A stretch of 36,717 bases of DNA, taken from Catajapyx aquilonaris. Its lineage: Eukaryota. A program made the position numbers and the translations under genes. The notes beneath the pieces are model-generated. The model was not told where the DNA came from, searched no databases, and saw only the letters and a program-made list of their open reading frames with translations. Location: positions 1-36,717 of the forward strand of contig JYFJ02003896.1 of NCBI GenBank assembly GCA_000934665.2, written 5' to 3'. Below, in pieces: positions 1-12,707 of this stretch. Numbering within the stretch: the stretch's first letter is position 1; each line of letters starts with the position of its first letter.

Positions 1-3000
1 GATTTTCCGTTACATAATATGCGCCCGGTCACAACAAAACCTACCTTTCCCCCCCATAATTATACGTACCCATCATCCTGCTAATGAAAACACAACATTC
101 CAGCAGCATCCCCCCCGAAACAACCAATCAAAATCAATTACCGCCCGCAGAGGTACGACTAATTGGCACAAGTACCCACTTACAAGGCCCCAGTAATGCC
201 CAGCGTAGAGATACGACACACGCACCGCTGGGGAAGCTGCTTACAAACACCACGTGACGTAACCTTCAGCCGCCCCCATTAATGCCCAGGAATGCTCGTG
301 GAGGGTATTATGCTAATGATTTCTGATAGCTATCTCAATTTGCTGAATTCTTTTAGTCGGTCGGCTATTTCCTCTCTTGGTGCTCGTTTCCTTCGAGGAC
401 CAAGAGGTAAAGGAGGACAAGGACGGTGTTTTTTTTTAATAAAAAAAAGAGTTGCGTGATGATGGCAGTAGGGGGCTTCGGGGATGCGTGTGCTGTGGCC
501 ATTGGAGCCTTTTAGGTGTATTCCCAGAACATGCTAAGGGGCCACGGTTATGTGCTTCTCTCAACACCGGGGGCACGCCCACTTGATGTCTATCTATTTT
601 CGGCCGACTCTGCCAAAGAGTGGAAAATGAAGCGTCCTTCATGCTTGACATTGGATGGGGGGGAGGGGGGGGGGGTGCAGCTTCATTCAACTTGGTTATC
701 ATTATCACACCGCCCTAATGTCATACTTATCATTTGGGTCACTATTCTGCTGTGGACCCTGATTTCACTTTTGCGTATATATGCATTTGGGTTTGGCAGG
801 ATGCGCGTTGCTCTATTTGCACAATTTCATACGCCAGTCNCCCCCCCCCCCCCCCACCCACCTAATCATTTTAATATGCCCTCGTTCAAAAGTCACTCGA
901 TCGTATCGATTGCGCAAATATAGAGCGCTCATCCGCGATCGAATCAAGGTTCAAGGTAATTATCTACTTTCAGAGTATGTACAACGTAATATTCCGCACG
1001 TAACCATGAAAGGGTGAAAAGCATACTGCCCCATATTGGAGCATTACATAATCTATCGAATTATTCCCTATGGTATTCTTTCCAGACACTTTCGTACATT
1101 GTCGGTATCGTAGTCATGCCCCCGGTGGCACAGACTGATTACTGGGGCTAGTCTAAGCACGATCGCCATGAATGAAAAGATTACCTACACATCAATAGCC
1201 TATTTATGACGCACACTACATCGCGATTGACGTCCAGATTCCAAAAATACGTCTGCACCTTACAACGTCACGACCTATAAAAAAAAGGGGGGGCATTTCA
1301 TTACGCTCATAATCACAGTTCGCGGCACAATATCGGCGGTGAAACTTGAATTGCCTCGACCCATCCTTCGCCTCGGAAGACGAACCTGCTCCGTCTGGAT
1401 GGGGCGAGATAAAAGCAAGAGTCTGGTTCCTTCCACCGGCTTTTCTTCTTTGGCCCCATCCAGCCCCGTTCTGCATGACTAACAAAGTCCGCCCCACAGC
1501 ACACTGGGAGATGATATCCTGACTGGCCTGCTGGGAGGAGGCTCCCAAATAATTCCTCCGGGCCATTCCAGGTACCACAAAAGCAAGACCTGATCCTCTG
1601 GCTGCAGCCAACCCAAAGCTATGGACACTCATTCTCATGTGAAAAATACACCTGGAATGCGGCCATTGTTCGCGGAAAACAAAGCGTTCTTTCGGACTCC
1701 CAAATTCCACAAAGGGAAGAAAAAAACGATACACAACAACAACAAAAAAATATGCAATGCGACTGCAGCCGTATTGTGTGACCCAGGATGACAAATTGGA
1801 TGCTCGGTACAAAATTGCGTCACTTCGTTAAATTGGATATCCGCCGCGCTTTTGATGTACCCCCTCTTGACATTAATGGCGGCAAATGTGCAGCATCACG
1901 CCCCGGTTCATCCTGGAATCCCGAATCAATTAACGGACCAAACATGCTGAATCAGACTGTACTCTCTGGAAATACATCAATCCTGACACACCTGTTCGCA
2001 CCGACCCAGCTTTCTCCCTACGTATGAAACATCATTGCGCTAATATCTGCACCCGAAATTCCACGGTCACTCTGCCCCAATTTTTTCCCCCCCTCAAAAA
2101 AACTATTTGGCAACCTCGACCGGAGGCGGGCACACAATCGGCCGAAAATTCCTCGCCAATTGGCCCCCTCCAAAATGGCCGCTACCAGGGGTCGTTAGCC
2201 CACCTGTGACGTCACATGGGACCACTCCGATGCACACATTTGAAAAAAGAAAAAATGGAAAAAAAAAGCAATGCGTGCAAGACACCTGCTCGTGTTCTGA
2301 ACCTTCCTTAACAACCCACGCGTACACATAGTCCGAAAAATCTCTGCAAAAATATTATAATTTAAATGTCGCTAAGGCGGGAAAAACAGCACGTGACACG
2401 GTGCATAACGAGGGTGTGATCCGACTGCCCCCATCCAAGTTGAATACTTTTTTTGTAACCCCCCCCCCCCCCNCCCCCCCCCCCCCCCCATAAGCTTGAT
2501 CCTCCTTTACAAGAGAAGCGGTGAACGACCCACGCTGGTCAAGGTTGCCACAACTCTACCTGCATATATTACCCTGGGTACAGTACAAGTAGGTATTTTT
2601 TTTTGTCGTTGAAGACCATGAATGAAGGCTGATTTTCACCCGTCGTTTTACGGCCGGCCAGTTACTAAAAATGGCGACGGAATGTGGCGCCTTGGAGGCA
2701 TGTTCCCTGGAAAGACATTCGAGTGAAATGCCTCCTGCTGCCGACACTGCTTATGTTGCTATTTTTGAGGCGTTACTACCTTCTCCTACAATTTCGACAC
2801 GCGGAGGAAAAAAAAAAAACAGCAACTACGTAATCTCATCTCCTAGCGCTGTAAGCTACTTCATGAAAAGGACCATTGAACAAATCCAGTGCCAACAGTG
2901 CCAGTCAGCATTACATAGCCGCTGCTGGTTTCCCCCCCCATAAAATATCGCAATATGAGCCGATTAAAAAATAAATAAAACACAACTTTTAACTTATACT

Positions 3001-6000
3001 ATATCGCATGTATCAGCCAGGTAGTAGGATTGGCTGGTGACTACCAGTGGGTCGCTTCCGGATTCAAAAAGCGGAACTGTGTGAAGCCTCCGGAAGTTTC
3101 GTCACTAGTGCGCACCCTGGAACCAACCTGGTGACACCGCCTACTCCAACAAAAAAAAAGTAGCAACAAACAATTACGGCCAAAATCTCTGCAACAGGCA
3201 ATTACCCTGCCGACGCATGACATTAAGCTCAACTACATAGGCGAATATGACCAAGTTACCGAAGAAAAAAATTGTGAGCTGCCGGCTGCGAAACATGCGA
3301 TGCATATTAATTATGAACACCACCGCATGCAAGTGTTAATGTCAAGATCCGCGACACTGCGCCTTCAGGTCGTACATTTCGCTACACACAAAAAAAAGGT
3401 GACCGCAGAAATCAGCATTTTGTGTGCCCCCGAGTCAGAAGACTTGCCAGCATCGATTTGGCTGGCGACAACTGCGGTAAAAAGAAAATCACTCCTTGGA
3501 GACCTCCAAGCCAGGTGGATACTGCGCTGGAGCAAGAAGAAGAAGAAAAAAAAAAGGAGACCTGGAGCAAGAACATCTCTCCAAACCCAATTTGTAAGAA
3601 CAAATTTCTTGCAGCTCTCCTCCCAGTCCTGGGATCGATCCTCAGAATTGTTTACTATGGATCGTTTGAGTGGGGCGCGAATTTAGGGAAGGGGTGCCCC
3701 ATCAGCCGGCCATTACATTTTCCATTTCATTAGACCGATTGGATTGCCCCAGAAGGGTGTGAAAAAAAAAGAAAGAAAAGAGGTTCTAAGGATCGATTCA
3801 GGAAGAAACTGCATTGCCCATCGTCGTCTCTTCCAATTGTACACCCTTTTCAATAGGTTGTGGAGGGGGTCCACCGCTTGCCAGGTGCCAAATATCACGA
3901 TCCAAAATACGCTCAAAATTCCACCTGTTGCACGCACCAAGAATGCCGGCCAAAAATTTCCCACGAAAATTAGCCCCACCCCTAACCACGACTACATGCG
4001 CATCAATAATAATCCCTAAAAACCGGCCGGATTGACCCTTCACCCCTCAGCACACATATTCCCACACCGCTTAACCCGTCAGTCACCACCACTGCAATTT
4101 GCGAGACACATACCTCCCTCGCTTTAACAACAACAACAAAAAAAACCCATGACACTGACCTCTCTTTGGACCTCTTCTGCACCATGGATGCAGTGGGCCA
4201 AGTGGCACCCCAACTACGGGCCACTTTATCCAAATTCTCGCCCGTTTCTTGGCCCCGAAGCCCGCCACCACCACACACGTGCACACACCTCAGAGTCCCA
4301 ACAGCTAGTGTTCTCCAACCCCGAGCAGTGCTCGAGCATACATACACACAAAAAAGGCCCCTCCCACTTTCCGCAGAACGTCACAGGCCTTTGGATGGGC
4401 TTGTATGTGATAGGGTTGGGCCTTATTTTCTCCTTCGAGGGGCGTTCAAAAAAAATATACAGTACACTGGATGTCCACTGTTGACATTACGTGTCATTAG
4501 CAGGCGTCACTCACTTGGGTAGAAAGTTGTTGATTTTCAGGTCGAGGGGAAAAGGTTTCATTTGGGGCAATAATTGCAATACATTTTGCAAAAATTCATT
4601 ATTATTTTTTTTTGTCCAGCGTATACCCTTGGTATGTCTAGGGTCCGTTACACAAACTGGTTTGACTGTAATAACAATTAAATGAAGCTGTTGACTGGAT
4701 ATAACGCACTTGGCTCGTTACTGTTGTGACTACGGACTGATAATTTTCAACTGTACTGACACGATTCGTTAGAAACCCGAGCCACACAAATATTACAGAG
4801 CGATTATAATTGGCAAGTATCCTGGCTAATTATGACAGTTGTATGGACTCTGCCAAGAATTCCGACCAACAATTTATGTCATGTGCTGAATATTGCTGAT
4901 GAAATCCGTCCCATTTTTTTCTTTTTAGCTCCAGTTAGTAAATATGCGCGTTTCGCCCCCAACACTTTTTATTTCACCCTCTTAATATATGCACTCATTA
5001 ATCAACATGAGTTTGTTCAATTTGGATTATTCGCAACTTGGACGTGAAATATGCCAACCGACTACACAGAAAATTACCACGGTTGCGGTACAATGCGGTC
5101 GACTTGTGACGTCAGAACTTTTTTTTTTTTAAAAAAAAAACAGGCTTGACAATAGTACGCCGAGTTCCACATTAAGCAATCAGCTCATTCGATTTTGGCT
5201 ATTCGAAATCAAATTGTCCTGTGGCTTGTGGTTCGCCCGACACGCTTTCTATCCTCCCAGCCCCCCAAAATGTGTCACATGCTCCAGACTGGACAACCAG
5301 GAAGAAAAAGGACACCAAAATTTTTCAGAAAGTGTCGTCGCACTTTCTCGGGGCGTTGTTTCATGCTTCCCTGGAAAAAAGCACTGACAACACATCCCCT
5401 CAAATTAAATCCGCATCGAAACACCAACCTGACAATCGCATTGTTGCAATACACAAACCCAGCAAGCAAAACGTGTCGACTCATAAAATCTAAACTGTAC
5501 AAAACCTTGCACAGCTGTGCCCTCCATATTCATAAACTTCGCCCGAAAAACCGCAGAAAAACAAATCAATGCCCCGAAGCTCAAGTCATGCAACTTTCCT
5601 CGTATCGCCATTACCATTTGGAACAAACAGCGCAAAATGTCAAGACCCAGCTAGGGATCAGCTCAAATAAAAAATAATGGGGCGGCTGAATTAACGACCT
5701 CAGTAACGCGCTGCTGGGTGACCAAAGTCCGCCCTATTATTGTGGTGAACGCACCCACATCGAGGCTTACAAAAAAAAAAAATAAAATAAAATAAAATGC
5801 TGTTTTTTTTTCTGACTACAAAATAAGCCGGAAACTTGCAACAAGCATCCCGGAAGACCCAGCACCGTGTTGTTGTTGTCCGTATGGCTGCATTTGCAAA
5901 AAGTTCGATGCTCCCACATCTACGTAGCTCTAATACATGTAACTCATAAATTGCAACTAATATTTCTGATAATAAAAGTTAACTGCTTACTACTCAACAG

Positions 6001-9000
6001 TGCAAAAAATATGCAATTAAAACGGACAATCGGCACACACATTTTACGCGGAAACTGCAATTACAGGATGGATCATAACTGTACCCAGATAAACCTCAAC
6101 GCGGGGAAAAACATTACCCCCTCGGAGCTCTCTTATCGGTCCTTGTCGTAACTCACAATCTGCGCTTAGTAGAAACCCCCGCACGTGTACTCAAGTGCTC
6201 CCAGTCATCTCCACTTGATTCCCATTGTCCTTGCAATTACCCAGGCGTTATAATGAGCGAGATGTCACCAAGCTTTGAAACAGTCTATTTGAAGACCCTC
6301 CATAATAATTTGAGCTCTCCATTTCGATTCGAAGCTCGGTCGAGCACGCACACAAAAAGATGGGAAACACGACCTTAAAATGAAGAGTTGCGATAAAAGA
6401 AGACCTTTTCTCCACTCTCCACTTTCTCTCCGGCTGGATGATATCTTGTTTTTTTAGTGCTCCATTAAATTCCTTGTGCGAGATACACTCCAGCGACATA
6501 AAGACCTGACGTAAGAATCAATTGTATTTTTTTTTTCCCTCTCCACCACCTCCTACCCCCTCCAGGCCAACTTCTTTTGAAGAAAACATGCATGTTACAA
6601 AGAGCAGTTGCATGCCCGTTAAAATTGAAGGATAAAAAACCAACTGGAGCCTGTGCAGTGGGAAATTCCAAGTGTTTTGTAAAGGTTGGGAGCTCCTTTC
6701 AAAGCCTTGTCCCTGAACGACCTTGGTGGGAAAGAACTGAACATAAGAGATGACCTCTGCTCCCACGCTGAAGAAGAATAAGAAAAAAAAAAAAATCTTA
6801 CAACCATTACTTCCTCACCTCGCCCAATACCACACTATTCTGTGACAGTTCAATGACCACGATATGCTTACTCACAGAACTACCCCGTTACTCTTATGTC
6901 TTTATGCCTTTGGCCGATTGAGATGTTTGAACCGGTTCAGATGCAGCTCCATTTTTGTGTGGGTCATGTGGGCATCAAAAATATGCATGGAACTACGGTT
7001 GAAGTTGCATCCTCTATTGGTAACCCACAAATATCGGCTGTGTCACAAGTGCAATTTAATTAGGGGGCAATGATTAAAAGAGCTGCACCGTTCCATCCAA
7101 CAGACATGACAGGCTACACACCCATCAAGGGGATCCCTTCCGCCGCAGTGAGCCTCAGCCCACAATTTCATTATGGCCGGATCCCCCTAGGAGAAGATGA
7201 AATTTTATACACGCCAACATTTGGCTCAGGTTCACACATCTTTCCTCCCAATGCCCTGGAACCGGTCCAGATCTATGCACTTTTGATATTTTCAGCAATC
7301 ACGACCGCAAAAACCCAGCTCCATGGGGGATAAAAACGCTTTTTAAAAGGCCTGTACTATGCATTCTGAATTCTCAGGATAGCCTACATGATTTTAGAAG
7401 CTGTGTTTACCTTTCCCACCAGGACTTTGCACTCTGCAGTGGTCATGTTAAATTGGAATGAACTTTACTCAGAGTTATGCAATCACAAGAGTGACACACT
7501 TCTAGAAAAACAACCATGCAATACAGCAGGGAGAACTAGAGGGCAAACTTTAATGCTGCTATTTCTATGTAAGTGAAGGCATAAATGTCTGGCAATTCGA
7601 CTCAAAGTGGCAATCATCCAGAAGGTCACAAGCTGTACCTACCTTAATTCTGCATGCGCCAGTGGAAATGCCTCAAAATTCAGTATCACTGCCAACTACA
7701 TCCCGCCAAGCGCAATGTCCTCACTGCTTACACTTGACCTGAAAAACAAAATTGGCTTTTTTCATAAGTCGGCCCACAACAAACAGTTCAAGTTTCAACT
7801 TGGCGAATCCAAGTTCAGAGTAAAAGCAAACAGTCCGATCCAGCACACATTATCCAACTAGGTTTTTAAAAATGTATAGACAACTGCGCAGTCCAAATTA
7901 GGGTCGTACTAATGTGAGGTAAAGGTATACGCACACTAACATACAAAGTACCTGTTGCAATTTCTACAAAACATAATGCACTAGTATAGGACTGCTTCTT
8001 ATTTCTCTTTGCTTATTTACATTGGCACAGCCTGTTTAATAGAAGGTGCCAACACAACCAAGGCCGTAAGGCTCAACATTTTTTGCTGCAGTACTGTACA
8101 TTTCACTACCATGCGACTGCCTTTTTCTCACTTGATTACACCTAAAAGCATGTTTGATGTTGCTAAAAAGCATAATCACAACACAATGCAAATGACTAGG
8201 GAAAGAGTCTGAGATCATGTTTTAAACATTTTATGCCAAGTTCTCAAGATAAACTCGACCCTCCAACCTCACATTCTCACATGAAATTGCTTATTATTGC
8301 TTAGTTGTTTCAAAATACTTTTTTTGTCATGCTTGGAATTTCACAAAACATAGGCTACAGACTATCTAATACTGATTGAAACGTGAAGACTGATCTGTAA
8401 ATAATACTTGACATCTGAAGGTCATGTGCATGGAAAATTTGAAGCAATGCCAATGTTACATCACTACAGTGGACAAAACACAAGATTTACATAAAGCAAA
8501 TGTGACCAATAAACATAACATAAAAGTGATCTATTGATTTTTCCCTCTTCATTAGCATAGCCACAGGTGCACGCACGAATCCTTCACCCTTTGACACCTC
8601 CATTCCATCAAACCATGAACTCGAAGCCTCGTCACTCTGACTGATGAATATTGTCACCTCCCACGGCTCTCTTTGAATTCAGCCTGCCAGGGTGGCAAGC
8701 AAGGTCATGCTGCGCCTACACTTTAACAGAGGTGATGCTTCGTCCCCTTCCAACTTGGCAAACCACTCCAATATCTCGTTTCATTATACCGCTTACTCAG
8801 ACCATCAACCCAAAACAGCACATCATATTTATACCCAAGTAACGACTACTGGTGGCGGATATCCACATGTACACCGCGATGGTGTTCCCGACAATGCTGT
8901 GCCCAACATGAATGTTAATTCAATCTCTTGAAGAGTGAAGAGTAGTTATGCGGCATGTCAAGGAATTAACTTAAATTGCAATTAGCGCTAGTCGCAATGT

Positions 9001-9189
9001 TCCTGTTGCATCCATAACTACCCCAGGACATATAAAAATGGTAAAATCAGACCAGATCTCACCCCACATAAAAAATCACCCTACAAGAATCTTCCCCTTT
9101 CAAAAAATGTGGACAAAAAATATTCCTCCTGCCCCCAATAATTCCCACCCACAAAAAAACCCACCCCCGTGCACCTTAGTCACCAGGGT

Positions 9190-9710
9190 CTTACCCGTCC
9201 GTTTTCCGGTCCGAGTCCAATGGTGGCTTGCAGGGGCGAGACCCTGGGCCGCAACCAGGAGACCGCGAGAGCCCAACTCACGCACCAGGATCACTGGGAG
9301 AGGGAATGATCCTCGGGAGGAAAAAAAACGTACGCCATTGTTTTACATTTGACCCGTTGCCAGACTCAGCCCCACACTCGACCACCACTCCCGCACTAAT
9401 CAGCTCAATTAACAGCCCGGTTTTAACTACGAAATAGGAAGGATGCAATTAGCGGTAATTGAACGTCGAAAGGGCACGGGTTTGACTGTGATTGGCAGGG
9501 GTGCCAACTGCAGCGATGCCAACCGAGTTGAAGGCAGCCCGCGCCATCTAACTGTAATTGCAGCACTCGAAACAGGTTTTGTGGTGGACCACTTTGCATT
9601 GCAATCATCTCTTCATACCGCTTCATACTCCTTCTTATCTCATTACCCATCCTCAGAGCGTCAGAGGCTGCCCAGAGGAAGGAAGGGATCGGTCCTGCGA
9701 AAAGGTGAGG
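9190..9710. promoter_or_regulatory. Putative bidirectional CpG-rich promoter with divergent first exons
   Basis: Plus-strand donor AAG|GTGAGG at 9705 with a matching acceptor ctgtccttccag| at 10622 before the GNAT ATG. Minus-strand AACAATGGCG (YY1-like) near 9333..9342 and donors GTGAGT (~9281) and GTAAGA (~9194). Confidence 0.45.
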
Positions 9711-10685
9711 TTGCTTTTGCATTGATCATGTGAACTGTACAGTTTGAAAGGTCCTTCAGCAATAATGTGCATCCTATATTGGAAGCGTAAAGTATAAACT
9801 GGAAGATAATGGTTAAGAATTCATAATCATACAAGGAGATGGAAGTATCAAGAGTGTTTTTTATCGACAAGTACCCAGTAACCTTGGAAAATTATTCTTC
9901 ATACATTGGGCCAAGATTGGGCAGAATAGCTGCAAGGCTACTATTAAAAGTTGGTGTTACCAAGAGGTGTTACGAATAACCTAGTGATGTTCATGTGTAT
10001 GTATTTTCTGAAGTGACCCTTAAATACATGTGTATCCAGTTGTGGGTTAGCATAAAGTGTAAAAGTTCATTGACACTTAGCATTCAAGAATATTCAGTTC
10101 CAATGTTCAGTGAACATCAATGTGCTGCACTGGACATAAATTTTGTTCATAACTTGCATTAGTGTCTTAATAATGTTAAGATGTGAAAATGGAACTAATT
10201 ACTCAAGATAGCAAGGTAAATTGATAAATGTTCACAGGTTTTTATTGAATATAACTTCTGTGTTTTCTGGTGTGAATAAATGAGGCATATGAACATTCAG
10301 AGGGCAATAATGGCAATGTGAAGAATTTTAATTCACTGAGCAGACATGTTAGTGGAGTCATGGAAAGTGTTTTTGGCAGGAACTTACAAGTGATTCAACT
10401 AAAGACCTACTTATTATGTTGATAACATCATTTTCCCATGAAGGGTCGTTGAACTATCTACAGTTCTATGAAGTAGGAAACAGCGCATGCAAGGAATGTT
10501 TCCATTCATTCAGAAAATTCATAAATCAATGTGGAATGGTGCTGCATAGTAGGCTACTAATACTGATGAATTAATGAATGAAGAACTTGCCCCAATAATT
10601 GGCACTAGGCCTGTCCTTCCAGGGCAGGGCACTGTAACAACCCCCCTTTGCCCCCCTGCCCCTCACGCTGCCTTTTCCTGCAACG

Positions 10686-11859
10686 ATGGCGGAAGCCATG
10701 GTGGTGGTCCGCCCATATCGCAAGGATGATGCTCTGCACTGCCGGCAGCTGGTGACGGAAGGGACCATGTCTACAGTGGGTACAGCCTACATGTCTGCTG
10801 TCACGAGGGAGGCCACCTTCCAGATGATGATCCTCACCGCAGCCCTGCTCTACATACTTGTTGGAGTCCCACTCACCTACTGCGTACTCTCTGTGCCCAT
10901 TGTGCTTGTGCTCATGTACTTTGGAATATGGGCTGGACATGCATTCAAGGTGGATGTTAGCCCCCTCATTGCCACAAGCATGCTTTTTTGCACCATTACT
11001 TTGCCCTTAGCATTGCTGCCCTGACAGACTTCCCCTGCTATTGCAAGAAGGCTTCTTAACCTAGTTATAAAATATACCTTTTTTTACTGACCTTATAATA
11101 TTACCAGTCTAGACTCTGTTTGCATGCACTGTCATTTTGAGAAGTACACCTTATATGTGTCTTCTTAGATTCTCTTTTCAACAACCATGCATTTCATTTG
11201 AAGTAGGTTGATTATTTGAAAAGTTGCATGAAGTTACAGTAGTTCTCACTAGCAAAAGCATGCAAAAGGTTCATGTACTGATATCCAGGGGAGAAAATTC
11301 CACTTGGGCTCCCCCTCTACAGGTACTTGAGATGCATCAGGACATGAATGATATCCCTCGCTGGTACCAATCTGGCGATGACACTGGATTCTGGGTTGCT
11401 GAAATGTACGAGCCACGTCCAGGATACATTGCGTCCATCAATGAAAGGGAGAAACCAACTCTGGCCATGCAAGAGGACGTCCCGCATTTAGAATCAAAAT
11501 ATAAAAGTACCATAGTAGGAACTGTGGGGATCACCAAGAGAAGCGACGCCACAAGTCATGCATGGTTGAGGCGCATGGCAGTCAAGAAGGAATATCAGCG
11601 GAGGGGAATAGCTACGTACATGCTGGATGCAGTCATAGACTTCTGCCGACAAAAGGGTTTTCAGGCAGTTGATCTGGTCACATCCGAATGTCATCATGCT
11701 GCCAGGGAAACTTATATGCGTAGGGGCTTTGAAGTGCAGAATGTGTACCACAAGTATGTGCTGGGGAGTTCTGTTACTATCGCCATGTATCAACTGACCT
11801 TTGATCTGAAGCAGAGCGATCAATCAAAAGACACACTCAACATTTCGGTTCTGGACTAG
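10686..11859 (+). CDS. NAT8/NAT8L/camello-family GNAT N-acetyltransferase with internal hydrophobic (membrane) segment; join(10686..10949,11323..11859), 266 aa
   Basis: Two ORFs join in phase 0 (AAG|GTGGAT at 10950; ccctctacag|GTA at 11322). N-terminal VVRPYRKDD..., hydrophobic stretch MMILTAALLYILVGVPLTYCVLSVPIVLVLMYFGIW, camello-like DMNDIPRWY and FWVAE, IVGTVGI, acetyl-CoA motif A LRRMAVKKEYQRRGIA, and motif B-like AARETYMRRGF. AATAAA at 12324..12329. Confidence 0.85.
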
Positions 11860-12707
11860 AATTTTTCATCTTCCCATCACGAAAAACTTCCAAATCATGC
11901 TATTCAATATAGATGCTCAAGTTTGGTATGTGGGTATGCCTAAAGTAATGAGTTGGCATAATTTCTGCCCTAACAGACTAGAATGTGCAAATGTTTGTGT
12001 ACGGTATGTTAAGAAAGCAAATGAGAATTTCCCACTAATCCTGTCAGTCAAAGGCCAAAAATTCTGAGTGGGGCAAAATGAAACTATCCAAAATTTTGAC
12101 CTGATCCACCTCAAGCTCTTCAATGAGTAATGGCCCATATGACCCAGTTATGTGCCTGCAATAAGACCTGCTTATGCTTGAAAAACACTCCACATTGTAA
12201 ATGAAACTTCCGCAAAAGTTTAGGGCTGTGCTACTCTTAGTGTATAGAATTGACCCCATTACGGCATCTTTTTGTACCTTCCATCCGATGAATTGCGAGA
12301 TAAGAATTGCCCATTTACATGACAATAAATCAATTTTGTTGTTAATCTTGATACTGCCGTTATTGCTGAAGGAACTGACCATTCTTGTAGTACTCCAATT
12401 AGGTTGTTAACATGGCCATAAACATCCACGTTGCAAGGCTCCTTCAAGTTCACTAGAAAGCAGGTGATGCTCCAATGCGAATTTACGTAATTGTTGTGCT
12501 ATTAGGTCTGAATGTCCAGTACTGCATGAAACAGATGTCAAAAGTTTCCAATGAACATATTGGAGCCTTGCAACATGGATAGCCTTCATATTTTGACCAC
12601 ATTGGAAGACCTGTTCATTGCTGAACTTGTCTAAAATATACCAGTCCAACAAATTAATAATGTATTCCCCCACCATCCCACAACCAGTGTAAGGTAGTGT
12701 CCAGGAA

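Noticed and set aside
436..9870. Dozens of 60-200 aa ORFs in the first 10 kb
   Set aside because: No recognisable domains. Composition is driven by homopolymer runs (poly-K/F/P/G) and many use non-ATG starts from a prokaryote-style caller.
9872..10300. CACTA/EnSpm-like remnant (CCCAGTAAC start, repeated TGTTCA/TGAACA)
   Set aside because: No matching right terminus could be found.
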